Shown here in pieces: positions 21,079 through 32,900 of a stretch of DNA of 64,000 nt; the first letter of the stretch is position 1; every line of letters starts with the position of its first letter. The notes below the pieces were generated by a model that was not told where the DNA came from, searched no databases, and saw only the letters and a list, made by a program, of their open reading frames with translations. Origin of the DNA: a virus (lineage: Duplodnaviria; Caudoviricetes); the IMG/VR virus record IMGVR_UViG_3300037247_001786, positions 128,001 to 192,000 of that record, one strand, 5' to 3'. The position numbers and the translations under genes were made by a program.

Positions 21079-22098
21079 ATGTATGTATCTTATGTAAAAA
21101 TGTTGATGGACTTTAATGACTCCACATTGTTTGACCCAGTAAGTGGGATATTTTTTAATGCTGTAAACAGCGGGACTAATACGTCAGTGTCCATTAGTAA
21201 TTCAGGGTATCATATGAGACAAGACCAGTATCTCGTTGGAAGAGATATCCCTATTAACACTGATTCATCTGGATTTTCTTTTGGTTTTTGGTTGTATCCT
21301 GTAAATCCAGGACAAGTTAGAAATACAGATTCCGATGAAATAGAAGCTCTAAGAATGCCTGTAATAATATTTGCTGATCCTTCTGGCGATTTTGATGATG
21401 TTTTAATATCTGTTTATGAGAATACTAATGTAGATGGAACTAATAAATTAGAGTTAACACTTAAAAGCTCCGATCCGTCCATAGGGGACACCTCATATGT
21501 TGTTTATTCAGATTCATATACAGAAAGGGTATCGCATCATTTCTTTATTAATATTTCGCTAGAAAAAGAAGAGGTACAGATATTAATAGATGGAGTTGAA
21601 AGTTCTTTAAATAATCCTACCGGAACGCTTCCTTCTTCTTTCGAATACTCTGCAATAGACGTTGGCATTAATAGAATAATGGAAGATTCTTATGACTATA
21701 ATATAGCAAATAATTTTGGAATAATAGATGATATAGGATTTTTTAATTTACAATTTGATGTCGAGAGTATACTTCCTAAACTTATAAATGAAGGTTTAGA
21801 GGAATTCGCAGATATAGATTTAAGAGATAGGGAAGAATTTTTTCAAAGTAATTTATTTGATGATCCGACGACTTTGAAGGTAAATGCGATGATAGACGAT
21901 ATGAGTTATGTTTACCTAGCAAGGAACGATGGAAAAATATTATTTGGATCTCCTCTATTATGGGAATCAAGGAAAGTATTTTCAGATGGTAATGAGGATG
22001 CATTGTTAAACGATTTTGTTATTACTGAGGATAGCCCAATTTCAGCAGTTGTGCAAAATGGTTTTCTCGAAATAAAAGATTCAATTATAAGGTTATAA
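21079..22098 (+). CDS. LamG-like domain protein (339 aa)
   Basis: FSFGFWLYP..HHFFINI..VQILIDG..FGIIDDIGFFN. Confidence 0.65.
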   Translation: MYVSYVKMLMDFNDSTLFDPVSGIFFNAVNSGTNTSVSISNSGYHMRQDQYLVGRDIPINTDSSGFSFGFWLYPVNPGQVRNTDSDEIEALRMPVIIFADPSGDFDDVLISVYENTNVDGTNKLELTLKSSDPSIGDTSYVVYSDSYTERVSHHFFINISLEKEEVQILIDGVESSLNNPTGTLPSSFEYSAIDVGINRIMEDSYDYNIANNFGIIDDIGFFNLQFDVESILPKLINEGLEEFADIDLRDREEFFQSNLFDDPTTLKVNAMIDDMSYVYLARNDGKILFGSPLLWESRKVFSDGNEDALLNDFVITEDSPISAVVQNGFLEIKDSIIRL

Positions 22099-22099
22099 A

Positions 22100-24226
22100 A
22101 TGGCTACAGACTTAAACGTACAAATAAAAATTAATAATCAAAATGTAGTTTCACAGAACACTCCAGTGAGGGTCGTCGGAGGAGTTACGGTTTTTTCATG
22201 GGAATTTGATGGAATCTCCCTTGTAGATGTTGATGAAACTGATGGAACATTTGATCTAGAATCTATTGGGGGGCAAATAGCGGTCGAGATAAAAATAGCG
22301 GATAATAATATTAATTTAGGATCCGAAAGTTTTAATGGAAATGTTGCTTCTATAGAATTTACGTCTTGGACAGCAAGGTCATGGAAGTACGTGGGACCTT
22401 TTCTGGAACGAGGTCAAACATATTATGGGCAGATAAGGTTAATAGATGAAGCTAGCAGAACAAGTACCCCTGTTGCATTTTCTTTTCTAGTAAATACTTT
22501 ATCAGCAGCTTCAAGTGCCGTGGTCTCACCGTCAAGCCCTACAGTAGATGATGATATCGTTTTGACTTATGACTATTCTGATCCAGATGCTGATATAGAG
22601 GGAGACACTTTAGTAAGATGGTTTAGGAATGGGGTCTATCAGAGAAATTTAGATGGGCAGCTTCTTATAGGTTCTTCTTATATGCAAATAGACGATATCT
22701 GGTACGCAGATGTTCTTCCACATGACGGTTACGAGTATGGGTCAAGAATCTCTTCTAATTCTGTCCAGGTTATTAGAACTCTTATTTCTATTTCCTCTGC
22801 TGCTATATCTCCTACTTCTCCTAACGAAAATGACATTTTAAAAGCAGATTATAAAGTTGATATATTGTCTATACAAGAAGATATATCTATTAGATGGTTC
22901 GTTAATAACGTTATACAAGAATCCTTTATCGATAAACAATATATGAGATATGATGCGACACCAGGAGACATAGTTAGATATGAAGTCAAAACAGAATCTG
23001 GAACTATTTTTATATCTTCTGACGATGTAACTATTGTTGCTAGTGATTTTTCTGTTTATGATATAAAAGTAGATGGGATGCTGGAATCGTTGGAGGTTTC
23101 CACGACGACACCAAGCGTGAGATGGAAAACCCACATACCAGAGGGTAGAGATATTAATTATACCCGTATTCAAATAGGTACTTTTTATGAAGCTGAAAAT
23201 ATTTATAACAACGTTATAGAAATAGACAAGGATAATTTTACTGTTCCTGCGAATATATTAAAAAGAGGGGTTGATTACTATATATCTATAACTATTAGTG
23301 ACACAACTTCCTTTGGTCAATCTTCCACTTCTCATTTTAGAGTAAAAGGGTCTCGATGGAGCGATTCTGTAGACAATGACACAGGTTGGTCTATTGAAAC
23401 TATCTACTTAATACAAGATAGTGGCGATTTTAGCTCTTCTGAATATCAAGTATTCCGCATTTCAGATGGAACTTTTTTTGCAGAAGTAAGGCTACATAAT
23501 AATAAAATAGCTTTTGTCTCTGAAGATTTTACATATGTTGATATCGACTCTAGTGATAGAAACCTATTAACTATAGTTGGTAAGGGAAATGACGTTAAAA
23601 TATATTTAGATAGAACATTAGTATTGGACGCTACTGGCAAATTTACTCAAAGGACAACGGAGAAAATTTTAGAGTTAGGAAATATAACAGGGTCAACTTT
23701 CTTTTTTACATATAAATATATTTATTATACAATTTCAGGAGACTACCATCCAGGAGAGTCTTCCGAATATTCCAATATGCAGTTTTCTACATTTTTACAA
23801 TTAGAGAATAACGAGATAGTTGCTTTAAAAGGATATATAGAGGTCGTAGATGGGATTACCACAGATACAAAGGTTTTCGCTTCCAATCCTGATGATGAAG
23901 ATGAAAGCGGAAGTGTTTATTCTATACTATCTTCTAATAAATATAAAGTTGGAACTGTTCCTAAAACTTATTCTCCTATAAATAAAATAAGAAAATCTCC
24001 AGATGGTAAAAAAGTTGGAATAGCTCATGCGAAAGGGGCATCTGTTGTAACGGGGTATTTAATTAATCCGTTTAACTTCGAGATAGATTTTACGGAAGAA
24101 GATAGCGATGGTGAGTTTCCTTTACCAGAAGATAATGGTTGGGAGTTGGTACAGAATATGGGATGGACAGCATCTTATTTTAATAATGATGGTTTTAATA
24201 TTAATACCATAATACAGAGAGATTAA
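22100..24226 (+). CDS. Ig-like repeat virion protein with lectin-like domain (708 aa)
   Basis: Ig-like repeats (LTYDYSDPDADIEGDTLVRWFRNG..WYADVLPHDG; LKADY..ISIRWFVNN); lectin-like segment RWSDSVDNDTGWSIE; in frame with the next gene. Confidence 0.65.
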   Translation: MATDLNVQIKINNQNVVSQNTPVRVVGGVTVFSWEFDGISLVDVDETDGTFDLESIGGQIAVEIKIADNNINLGSESFNGNVASIEFTSWTARSWKYVGPFLERGQTYYGQIRLIDEASRTSTPVAFSFLVNTLSAASSAVVSPSSPTVDDDIVLTYDYSDPDADIEGDTLVRWFRNGVYQRNLDGQLLIGSSYMQIDDIWYADVLPHDGYEYGSRISSNSVQVIRTLISISSAAISPTSPNENDILKADYKVDILSIQEDISIRWFVNNVIQESFIDKQYMRYDATPGDIVRYEVKTESGTIFISSDDVTIVASDFSVYDIKVDGMLESLEVSTTTPSVRWKTHIPEGRDINYTRIQIGTFYEAENIYNNVIEIDKDNFTVPANILKRGVDYYISITISDTTSFGQSSTSHFRVKGSRWSDSVDNDTGWSIETIYLIQDSGDFSSSEYQVFRISDGTFFAEVRLHNNKIAFVSEDFTYVDIDSSDRNLLTIVGKGNDVKIYLDRTLVLDATGKFTQRTTEKILELGNITGSTFFFTYKYIYYTISGDYHPGESSEYSNMQFSTFLQLENNEIVALKGYIEVVDGITTDTKVFASNPDDEDESGSVYSILSSNKYKVGTVPKTYSPINKIRKSPDGKKVGIAHAKGASVVTGYLINPFNFEIDFTEEDSDGEFPLPEDNGWELVQNMGWTASYFNNDGFNINTIIQRD

Positions 24227-24229
24227 AAA

Positions 24230-27200
24230 ATGCCTACAAGCGAATATAATGAATATAATGTTGAAAGTGGCGGAGGTCTATGGTACTATAAGCAAGACAA
24301 ACCAGGATCCGAATGGTTTGATAATGCCAGCAATAGCTCTGGCTGGACTGTTGACTTTAATTTAAAAGTTACTGATGTTAGCGACAGTATAGATAGCTTG
24401 TCAGAAGACGCTTTAGATGGAGCTGGTATATATGTAAATGACGGAACGGCTCAAGAGTCTATAACATTTCTTACTCAAGAAATTATTTTTAAAAATTCTA
24501 ATGAAAAAATAGTTTATGATACCACTGTCGAAACTAATTACAGATTACTGGGTAAAGATGGGGGATTGCAACTTTTTGCCAGAGCTTCATCCAATACTAC
24601 GGATCCGTATTCTTTAATAGCTCAAACTTCATTTCAAAATCTATCTAGCTTGGAGGCTAATGGACATAGCCCGTCTGTAACGGAAGATATTGATGGTAAT
24701 TTTCATGCGGTATGGAAGGATGACGGAAATAAGATAGGACAAATATTTTATTCTAAGTTTACAGATAAGTGGTCAACTCCAGAATTAATAAGCGATAATC
24801 TTTATGGAGTAGGCTCTCCAAAAATAATTATCAATAACGACAATATTATTTTCGTTACATATGAATTTTTTAATGTCTCGAATTCTTCTATCGCTTTAGT
24901 ATATAAAAATGAGATAGGTTGGAGTAATCCTTATTTTATGGGGACAGGTTTTGGAGATGCTAAAAACCCTGTAATAACTTTTGATAGTCAATATAATGTT
25001 ATAGTAGCATGGCAAGATCATCGCTTTGCTAATCCAGAAATATATTTAAATAAGCTATCAATAGATACTCTTTCTATTGGAGATGACTTAAGGGTTACGG
25101 ATGAATCATATTTTGTAGTTAATCCAGCTATTTCTTCATATATGGATGAGGTATTTATTACATGGACAAAGGTAGACACAGATAGCACTTCTTTTATTCA
25201 AGTAGCAAAATATAATTCTATGTTAGAGACAGTCTCTTCGGCAGTTGATTTAACCTCTGTCGGAGGCGATTCAGGCTTTTCAGATGTAATAGTAAATTCT
25301 TCAGGAGAGGTTTTAACAGTTTGGCACGATACGGTTGATGGAAGAAGGGATATTTATGCTTCTGTTTTAAATCTTAATTTAGACATTATTATTTCTTCCT
25401 ACACCGTAACTGATCCTTTACAGACTAACGGAGGAAGCTCGTTCCCTGTTCTTTCTGAACAATCGTCAACAGGGGATATTTATATAGTTTGGCAAGATTA
25501 TCTTACAGATTACACTTCATTTTTTGATGCAGATGAGTATGATCCATATAGTGCTCTTGTAACTGATATTTCTACTCCTCCTTCTTCAGCTATATTTTAC
25601 GCTACTTACGGAGGAGGTGCTTTTCATTCTAGCGGCAGTGGAGAGACAGATACTCAAATAGATTTTCAAGGATCTGTATACGCTTTCCATCCAGCATCTC
25701 CTATCTTATTTTCTGGGACTATTCCTATCTTGTACGAAGCCTACAACGTTAACGAAGATGGATTTTTATATACTGATCAGATGTTTAAATACATAAGCTC
25801 ATATAATCTATTAGACGAATACAATGAGGTCGGTCCTTTTGCGGTAAGTGGCAAAAGAAATAGAAAAGAAATTAGATTTGGAGATTATGCTAAAAATCTT
25901 AATGTACATTATATATTTAAGAATTTTAAATATTACCTTGAAGATGCAGTTGTTCCATATTACCTAACAGAGATATCGGCTAGTAATTTTTCCTTTATTA
26001 ATACTTTAAATTCTAATGATATCGCTATTAATAATTACGGCGATGTTTGGATGGTTGGGACATGCGGTATGTTTTATTATATAAGTAAAGATGGAGGATT
26101 GGCACTAGTTGGTCCAGATGAAGATAACGGAGTGGAGGCTCCTATATCAGGGCATGTCAAGTCAATTGATTTTGATAAGCAAAATACACTACACGTTGTT
26201 GCTAGTGATGGCATCTATGCCAGTAAGGAACATATTAGATGTTATACTAAAGTTGTATCTGCTTCTAATATTAATGTATTATCATTTGATAAAGATAATA
26301 ATTTATTTTTTGGGGAAGGGTCAACTCTTTATAAATATACTGTTGATCCGTATGCTCTTATCAGCTCAATTAGTATGGCAGGGACAATTACCTCCATAGA
26401 GGTTGATGATAATAATATCGTTTGGGTGGGAACAACGAATGGTCTTTATAGGGTGTATAATAATGCTAGTATAAGATACACTACTTCGAATGGGCTTATA
26501 TCTAATAACGTAAATGATATAGCTATCAGGAATACTGCAATTAGATATATAGCTACTGCTACAGGGATTAATAAAATGATAGGCACAGCATTTGACAGAG
26601 AAATTAGGTCATCTAATGATGCGATATGGAATGAAAACGTAAAGTCAATAATGTGGCAAGACCCTAATGTTCTATGGGCTGGCACATTATCACAAGTTAA
26701 TCAAGTACTAATAGATGATATAACCGAAACATATGAAACTTTTATTTATGAGCCTGTCTCTTCTCGAACAATAAGAGAAGACGATTTACAGCAGTATTAT
26801 ATTTTGCTGGGAGATAATCCAAGAATATCCAAAAGCGACATTCTTGAAGTTTATATTAATGGAACACTAATTCACCATGGATATTCTCTTGGAGCAGATA
26901 GATTAGCTACTGATGTTATAGAAGATGCGGAACAGGTTTTATTATTTGAGACTCCTCTGTTACATGGAGACGTAGTCGAGATATTAGTTAGAAATGATTT
27001 AAGGATAAGGGCATCTTTTGAACAAGAATTAGAAGAAAAAGTAGTTTCTGGGGAAAGGCTAATTAGGATAAAAGACCTAGATGTTGGTAATGATATTTAT
27101 ATTATAACGGAAGGAGACGAAAACGAAGTTAAGGTAAATGATTCTAACACAGATATACCTTTTGATCAAGTTCATTTAGACTCGACTCCCCCAACAGGAA

Positions 27201-29989
27201 CTATTGACATTCCTGATAATGCACAGGTTGATCAAACAAAAATCCAGGTTGATATTACCGGAACAGATACTTTTGAAGGTGTCGCTGGTTCTGGAGTTAG
27301 CCAAATGATAGTTTCTAATTTTGAAAACTTTACAACAGATGGATTTTCGTCTCAAGATCCGGTCCCATTTGCAACTAGATATGAACACGATTTAGGATCT
27401 AGCACTCAAGATATTTTATTTACCCCTGTTGATGCTGGTGCAGGGGCTGGAACTAGTATAAGGTCTCAAAGCGTTAGCGGAACAGATGAGCTTTTCTACA
27501 CGACATCCAATCCAGGTAGGGTTTATAAATATGATTCGTTTAATGAAGAATGGAATTTACTTTTTTCTTATGAAGATGATAATTATGTAGATTTTATTGT
27601 TAATTACAGCACAAAATTAATAGTTAGTGTTGGTCACGCTACGGACGTTGCCAAACTATATATTTATGAATACCAATTCGATTCTAATGGAGCTTTTTTA
27701 GGATATTCAGTTGGTGCTACTATCGCTGTTTCCGAATCTAGAATACATTGCTATCAGGTTCTTAATTCTTTATTCTATATAGGTACAGGTAAGGGATTGG
27801 GAGACGAATATGGGGATGGGTCAGGTAGCAACGGCGGAAAAGTTTATTACTATGATGAAACTATTTTGAGAGAATTGGTCAGAGATATAGATGACGATGT
27901 TTACTCTTTTGCAACGACGCCAGGTAGTGATAATTTAATAGCGGTGACAGGAGATTCTGGTTTTGTTTATGAAATAGACACTATCTCTGAGACAGCCTTT
28001 CCTGTTCACAACGATGTGGAGCCTCTAGTCTCTGCCTCTTTCATACAGCAAGGCGATGACGGTCTAGTATTTATAGGAGGGGCTGATAACGGGACGATAC
28101 GCAGGTCTAAAGTTAGTAGTAATTCTTATGATGTTTCTTTCAGAACAACTCCTGGCAAGATATCTTCTTTAAAGGTATTTCCAATAACAGAGGATAATAA
28201 AACTATAGATACTTTATACGCATCGGTAGGAAACGTATTGTATTATTTATCTACATCTGGAGCATGGGTGTGGAAATATACTCATACAGAAAATATTAAT
28301 GACATAACATTTAATTCTAATACTAATTTTATTCATATCATTTCAAATGGAGGAATCGTTAGGTTGGCTCCTACTCAGCAAGATAAGACCATATATCTAA
28401 AACTAATTGATAAGGCTGGGAACGAATCTTCCTTATACGACGATGAGGGAGAAATCAAAGACAATTTTACAGATAGTATCTCTATCTCAAATCTAGTTGA
28501 TTTTATAAATGAAAATAAAATATTTGAACTAGATGAACTTGGAAACACTGTTTTTACGTTAAGGGGAAGTAATAGTTTCTTCTCAGCAGATAGAGTGGAG
28601 CAAGAAAAAGGAGTATACACAAGTGAAATATTTGACGGAACAAATGATTTAGTAAAATGGGATTCAATATCATGGCAAGCGACCGAGATGGCAAATACAG
28701 AGATTAAAGTGTATATTCGATCATCTTCTTCTAGGATAGATATTTTGTTGGAAGATTGGATAGGTCCATACAATAACACTCAAGCGTCCGGAGTTGATAT
28801 AAGTCATTTTAGCGGACAATTTTTACAATTCAAAATAGAGCTTACAAGTGACGTTAAGGGAATTAGCCCTACATTCCATAAAGCTACTATTAGGTCTATC
28901 TCAAGTGAGGCTATACATTTCTTTACTACTAATTTTGCCTTAACAGGTAGGGTTCATAAAGGAATATTAACGAGCCAGAAATTAGTTCCTGTATCAGCAG
29001 ATGTCGTTTTTGGTATTAATACAACGAACTCTGTTAATTGGAATGATTATCAAATAGTTGATGAAAATAGGTTATTTAATGTTAATCAAATAGGGGAAAA
29101 TGTTAGAGTTGGTATAAAATTATTAAGTCCAAATAGGAATTTAACTGAAGCAGATGCATTTGATGAATACGGACCTTATAGTTCAGATCTTCATGTAAAT
29201 ACAATAGATTTTTCTTTGTTAAATAATACCGGGTCTTCTCAGGAATATCATTTTAAGATAACCTTATATGAAGATATTAATTTAGAAAACGAGGTGTACT
29301 CAGCTTATTCGTTTGATGACCAAGAAGGATTTAACGCCAATGGAGCGAAGATAGATAGTGACGGAGTAACAATTCCATATAATTCAGAAGCTGTAGTTTT
29401 ATTCACTGTCCCTGGGTCAGCGAATATAAAATGTAATACTTATTATTTCGTTAAAGTAGAGTCTATATATGATTTTGACGCAGAGGGAGAAGGAACTTTT
29501 GATACGGTTTCAGATGATTCTTCTTATATTGCAAGTTGCAGTTCTTCGTTTGTAGACGTAATTGATTTTAATTTTACAAATAATGAAGGGATTACAGGGG
29601 TCTTCGATTTTAGAATAAGATTTTATAGTGATCCAGAAAGAACAAATATATATAAAACTGTATTTAGTCAAAATGATAGGACAGGTTGGTTTGTGGACGA
29701 TGTCAATATTTCAGAGTCAGGGGTATCTATGTCTCCTTCTGAAACAGTTAATATTGTTTATAGACCTGACTTAGAAGATTTTGTAACAGGAACAAATTAT
29801 TACTTATCTATAGACGCTTGGGAAAATAATCAAGGGGAATATGTCTTCTCTTCCAACTCTTATACTTTCCAGGCTAGAGATGCTACAAGTTTAATATATT
29901 GTGGAGGTTACTCCGATGTTCCGGTAGTTAAAAACTTTGGAATTATGCTGGAATTAGAAGACAACCAATTCGTTACTTTAAATTTGTAA
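24230..29989 (+). CDS. Giant multi-propeller putative virion protein (1919 aa)
   Basis: WxDxR-type blades; Reg_prop-like YTTSNGLISNNVNDIAI; DSTPPTG/DKAGNES Ig-like ends; YTSEIFD..WDSISW..QFLQFKIEL domain; two C-terminal ~90-aa repeats. Confidence 0.65.
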   Translation: MPTSEYNEYNVESGGGLWYYKQDKPGSEWFDNASNSSGWTVDFNLKVTDVSDSIDSLSEDALDGAGIYVNDGTAQESITFLTQEIIFKNSNEKIVYDTTVETNYRLLGKDGGLQLFARASSNTTDPYSLIAQTSFQNLSSLEANGHSPSVTEDIDGNFHAVWKDDGNKIGQIFYSKFTDKWSTPELISDNLYGVGSPKIIINNDNIIFVTYEFFNVSNSSIALVYKNEIGWSNPYFMGTGFGDAKNPVITFDSQYNVIVAWQDHRFANPEIYLNKLSIDTLSIGDDLRVTDESYFVVNPAISSYMDEVFITWTKVDTDSTSFIQVAKYNSMLETVSSAVDLTSVGGDSGFSDVIVNSSGEVLTVWHDTVDGRRDIYASVLNLNLDIIISSYTVTDPLQTNGGSSFPVLSEQSSTGDIYIVWQDYLTDYTSFFDADEYDPYSALVTDISTPPSSAIFYATYGGGAFHSSGSGETDTQIDFQGSVYAFHPASPILFSGTIPILYEAYNVNEDGFLYTDQMFKYISSYNLLDEYNEVGPFAVSGKRNRKEIRFGDYAKNLNVHYIFKNFKYYLEDAVVPYYLTEISASNFSFINTLNSNDIAINNYGDVWMVGTCGMFYYISKDGGLALVGPDEDNGVEAPISGHVKSIDFDKQNTLHVVASDGIYASKEHIRCYTKVVSASNINVLSFDKDNNLFFGEGSTLYKYTVDPYALISSISMAGTITSIEVDDNNIVWVGTTNGLYRVYNNASIRYTTSNGLISNNVNDIAIRNTAIRYIATATGINKMIGTAFDREIRSSNDAIWNENVKSIMWQDPNVLWAGTLSQVNQVLIDDITETYETFIYEPVSSRTIREDDLQQYYILLGDNPRISKSDILEVYINGTLIHHGYSLGADRLATDVIEDAEQVLLFETPLLHGDVVEILVRNDLRIRASFEQELEEKVVSGERLIRIKDLDVGNDIYIITEGDENEVKVNDSNTDIPFDQVHLDSTPPTGTIDIPDNAQVDQTKIQVDITGTDTFEGVAGSGVSQMIVSNFENFTTDGFSSQDPVPFATRYEHDLGSSTQDILFTPVDAGAGAGTSIRSQSVSGTDELFYTTSNPGRVYKYDSFNEEWNLLFSYEDDNYVDFIVNYSTKLIVSVGHATDVAKLYIYEYQFDSNGAFLGYSVGATIAVSESRIHCYQVLNSLFYIGTGKGLGDEYGDGSGSNGGKVYYYDETILRELVRDIDDDVYSFATTPGSDNLIAVTGDSGFVYEIDTISETAFPVHNDVEPLVSASFIQQGDDGLVFIGGADNGTIRRSKVSSNSYDVSFRTTPGKISSLKVFPITEDNKTIDTLYASVGNVLYYLSTSGAWVWKYTHTENINDITFNSNTNFIHIISNGGIVRLAPTQQDKTIYLKLIDKAGNESSLYDDEGEIKDNFTDSISISNLVDFINENKIFELDELGNTVFTLRGSNSFFSADRVEQEKGVYTSEIFDGTNDLVKWDSISWQATEMANTEIKVYIRSSSSRIDILLEDWIGPYNNTQASGVDISHFSGQFLQFKIELTSDVKGISPTFHKATIRSISSEAIHFFTTNFALTGRVHKGILTSQKLVPVSADVVFGINTTNSVNWNDYQIVDENRLFNVNQIGENVRVGIKLLSPNRNLTEADAFDEYGPYSSDLHVNTIDFSLLNNTGSSQEYHFKITLYEDINLENEVYSAYSFDDQEGFNANGAKIDSDGVTIPYNSEAVVLFTVPGSANIKCNTYYFVKVESIYDFDAEGEGTFDTVSDDSSYIASCSSSFVDVIDFNFTNNEGITGVFDFRIRFYSDPERTNIYKTVFSQNDRTGWFVDDVNISESGVSMSPSETVNIVYRPDLEDFVTGTNYYLSIDAWENNQGEYVFSSNSYTFQARDATSLIYCGGYSDVPVVKNFGIMLELEDNQFVTLNL

Positions 29990-29998
29990 AGAAAATAC

Positions 29999-32900
29999 AT
30001 GCCAATTAAAACAAGACATTACGGATTAGAAGCTTTCTCATTTGGAGATTTTTATTCAGCCGCCGCTGATCAAAGAAGATTTACTTCAATAGATAGTCAA
30101 TTAGGGTTATTATCTGATATTATTGGTCCAGGCAAGATAGAGGGTTGGGATATAGAAATTGTGGACAGACCAACTCGTTCTTTGAAAGTAACTGAAGGAA
30201 TGGGTATTATCGGGAGAACGGTATATCTTTCTTTCGGCGAGATGGAATTTAACATGCTGAATAACCAGACGAAATATGTCTATATGAAAAAAAAGACAGA
30301 TGAAATAGGAGGTTTTAGCGGTTCATCAAATATAGATTCTGCAATAGCTTCTGATAGTTCCCCTCCTGCATCTCCTGCTAATTTAATTTCTCCTCCAGAA
30401 GATAGCAGCAATAATCCTATTAATGAGCTAATCTCTTATAATCAAATAGCTTTTAGCTGGGATGCAAATTCCGAAGTTGATTTTAGCCATTATGTTGTAA
30501 CTAGAATAGGAGATCCAGAATACGGCGTTGCAAATGTCGAGACTATCACTACCGATACTTTGTTTATAGATACTGACTTATCTCAAAACACTTCTTATAT
30601 CTATCAAGTTATTGCTGTTGATTTTAGTGGGAATGAGAGTCCTCCATCTGATATAATCGTTTCAACTAACGTAGATACTCGTAACCCTTTGCCTCCTTTG
30701 TTTTTACAGGTATTTATTGGTAGCGAATCTGTCCAAGCGATATGGGATCATTCACCTTCTGGTTATGTAGAATTCTATGAGGTTTCTGCTCAGTTATTAG
30801 ATAGCAATTATGATGCTGATGGAGATCCAGTTATCCTATCTCTTATCGATGCTAATTCATTAGAAGAGTTTGGGTCTACTTATTCATTTATAGATGATTT
30901 AGCTAACGATCGCTATTATAATATATCAGTTAGATCTTTAAGTTTCGGTGGGCAATATTCTCAAGAAATATTTAAAATAGTAAAACCAAGATTTAGTACA
31001 GGGGCTGGAGAAGTTCGGGATATAGTTGCCGAGTTTCCAGAAAGCATATTTGAGAACGTAAAATTAGAAACAGATATTTCATGGTCACATGTATTCGACC
31101 CATATTTCTCTTCACCAGATCAGTTTTTAGTAACATTTGTAGAAAATGGAATACGGTCATCCGAACCCATTTCCGTTTTGGCATCTGAAGCTTTAGCTCT
31201 TTGTGATAATTTAGAAGATGATAAACTTTGTTACTCTCATCACATTCAATTTATTCCTTATTTAGATCCAGATGACGGAGTCGTTAAATTCGAATCTATT
31301 AAAGAATACACTCCTTATCTTATAACTATACAAACATATGTCGAAGAAACGGACAGTACGAGCAACGGAGCTTTTTTAAGAGTAGATAGAACTCCGTCTT
31401 ACCAGCTTTTACCCGCTGTCTCTAATGCTGATATAGAAAGAAATACAAGTGATAATAGCATAATAGTTAGATGGGAAAATCCGCCCACTATATTTTTTAA
31501 TAATTGTAAAATTAGTGTGACTATAATAGATTTGAATGCAGTAGTTGACGACATCGTAATAGAAGACGATACAGATGTTGGGAAAGCAACAAGCTATGCC
31601 ATTCCTGGTAGTTATTTTGACGTAGACCAAAGATATATTTTTGAGATTACTCCTGTTGATATTTTTGAAAGGGATGGGCAATCTCTTTCTATTGCTGAAC
31701 AATTTACTGAAGATGAGTTGGATCCAAGACCTGAAAGTCCAGTTGGCAAAGATGTTGTTAATGGAGACGGAGTGGTAACTTTAACGTGGGGATTGGATCA
31801 TATAGAAGAGACTGTCTCGTATAAGATATATAGATCGTCGGCAACAAAAACTTTTTATCTATATACCGACTTTACTCTTATAGTAACTGTCGATGCAGAT
31901 GTAACAAAGTTAGTTGATTATGATGTTTTAAATGGCGGAACATATGCATATATGATAACTGCCGTTAATATATATGGGAATGAATCTTTAAATCCTGTAG
32001 ATGATAAATATGTCTCTACTGCTCTATTAAGAGGATTACCGACTCAATCTGGAATATTATCTCCCGCTGAAAATTTAGTAGTAACGATTAACGTGGTTGA
32101 TGTTGATTTAACATGGGATTTTACATCAGGGGCTTTTGATGGATATGAGATATATAAATCTATAGGTAATAAATATTCATTTGAACTTATAGATCATGCT
32201 GCTGCGTCAGCAATCAGCTATACAGATGAAGATGCTTTGTTAAAAGATGGAGAGACTTATTATTATTTAGTAAGAAAGTATAAAGATGAAACTATTATTT
32301 TTGTATCTAGTTCAGGGGTAACTCCTTCTGAGTCTATTCTTTTAGGTTCGGTTAGAACGTATACCGATAGCGGGCAACAAATAGAGATTACAGATTTATC
32401 GACGACATTGAAAGACTTGCAAACCCCCCTTGAGACTATTGTTCAAGAAAGGATAGCAAATCATAAGCATAATATAGATGATATTGGACAGGATAAAAGA
32501 ATAGAACTTAGATCGAATAGTATTGTGACGGACTGGATAACTACAGACTTTCAATTATATACTACGGAAGAAGATATAAGTGGAGCAGAAAATTATATAG
32601 TTAGGGTTTTTGCAGAGGTAAATGAAGATTATTTTACGGACGATAATGGGATTCAGAATACAGCTGCTATCAAACAAGCACAATCTAGCTCTCCTCCCAT
32701 ATTGTATACAATAGATTCTGAAAATGGAACAATTACTTTTGAGACACCATTATATACTATTTGCGAAGAGCCAGAAAACCCAGATCCCCTAGACACAACT
32801 AACGTCTGCCCTGTAACCCCATACTCTTCTACTCCTTCTGTCTCTATTGAGCTTCTAGGTATTTCTGAAGTTAGTAATCTTATTACTGATGGTACAATAG

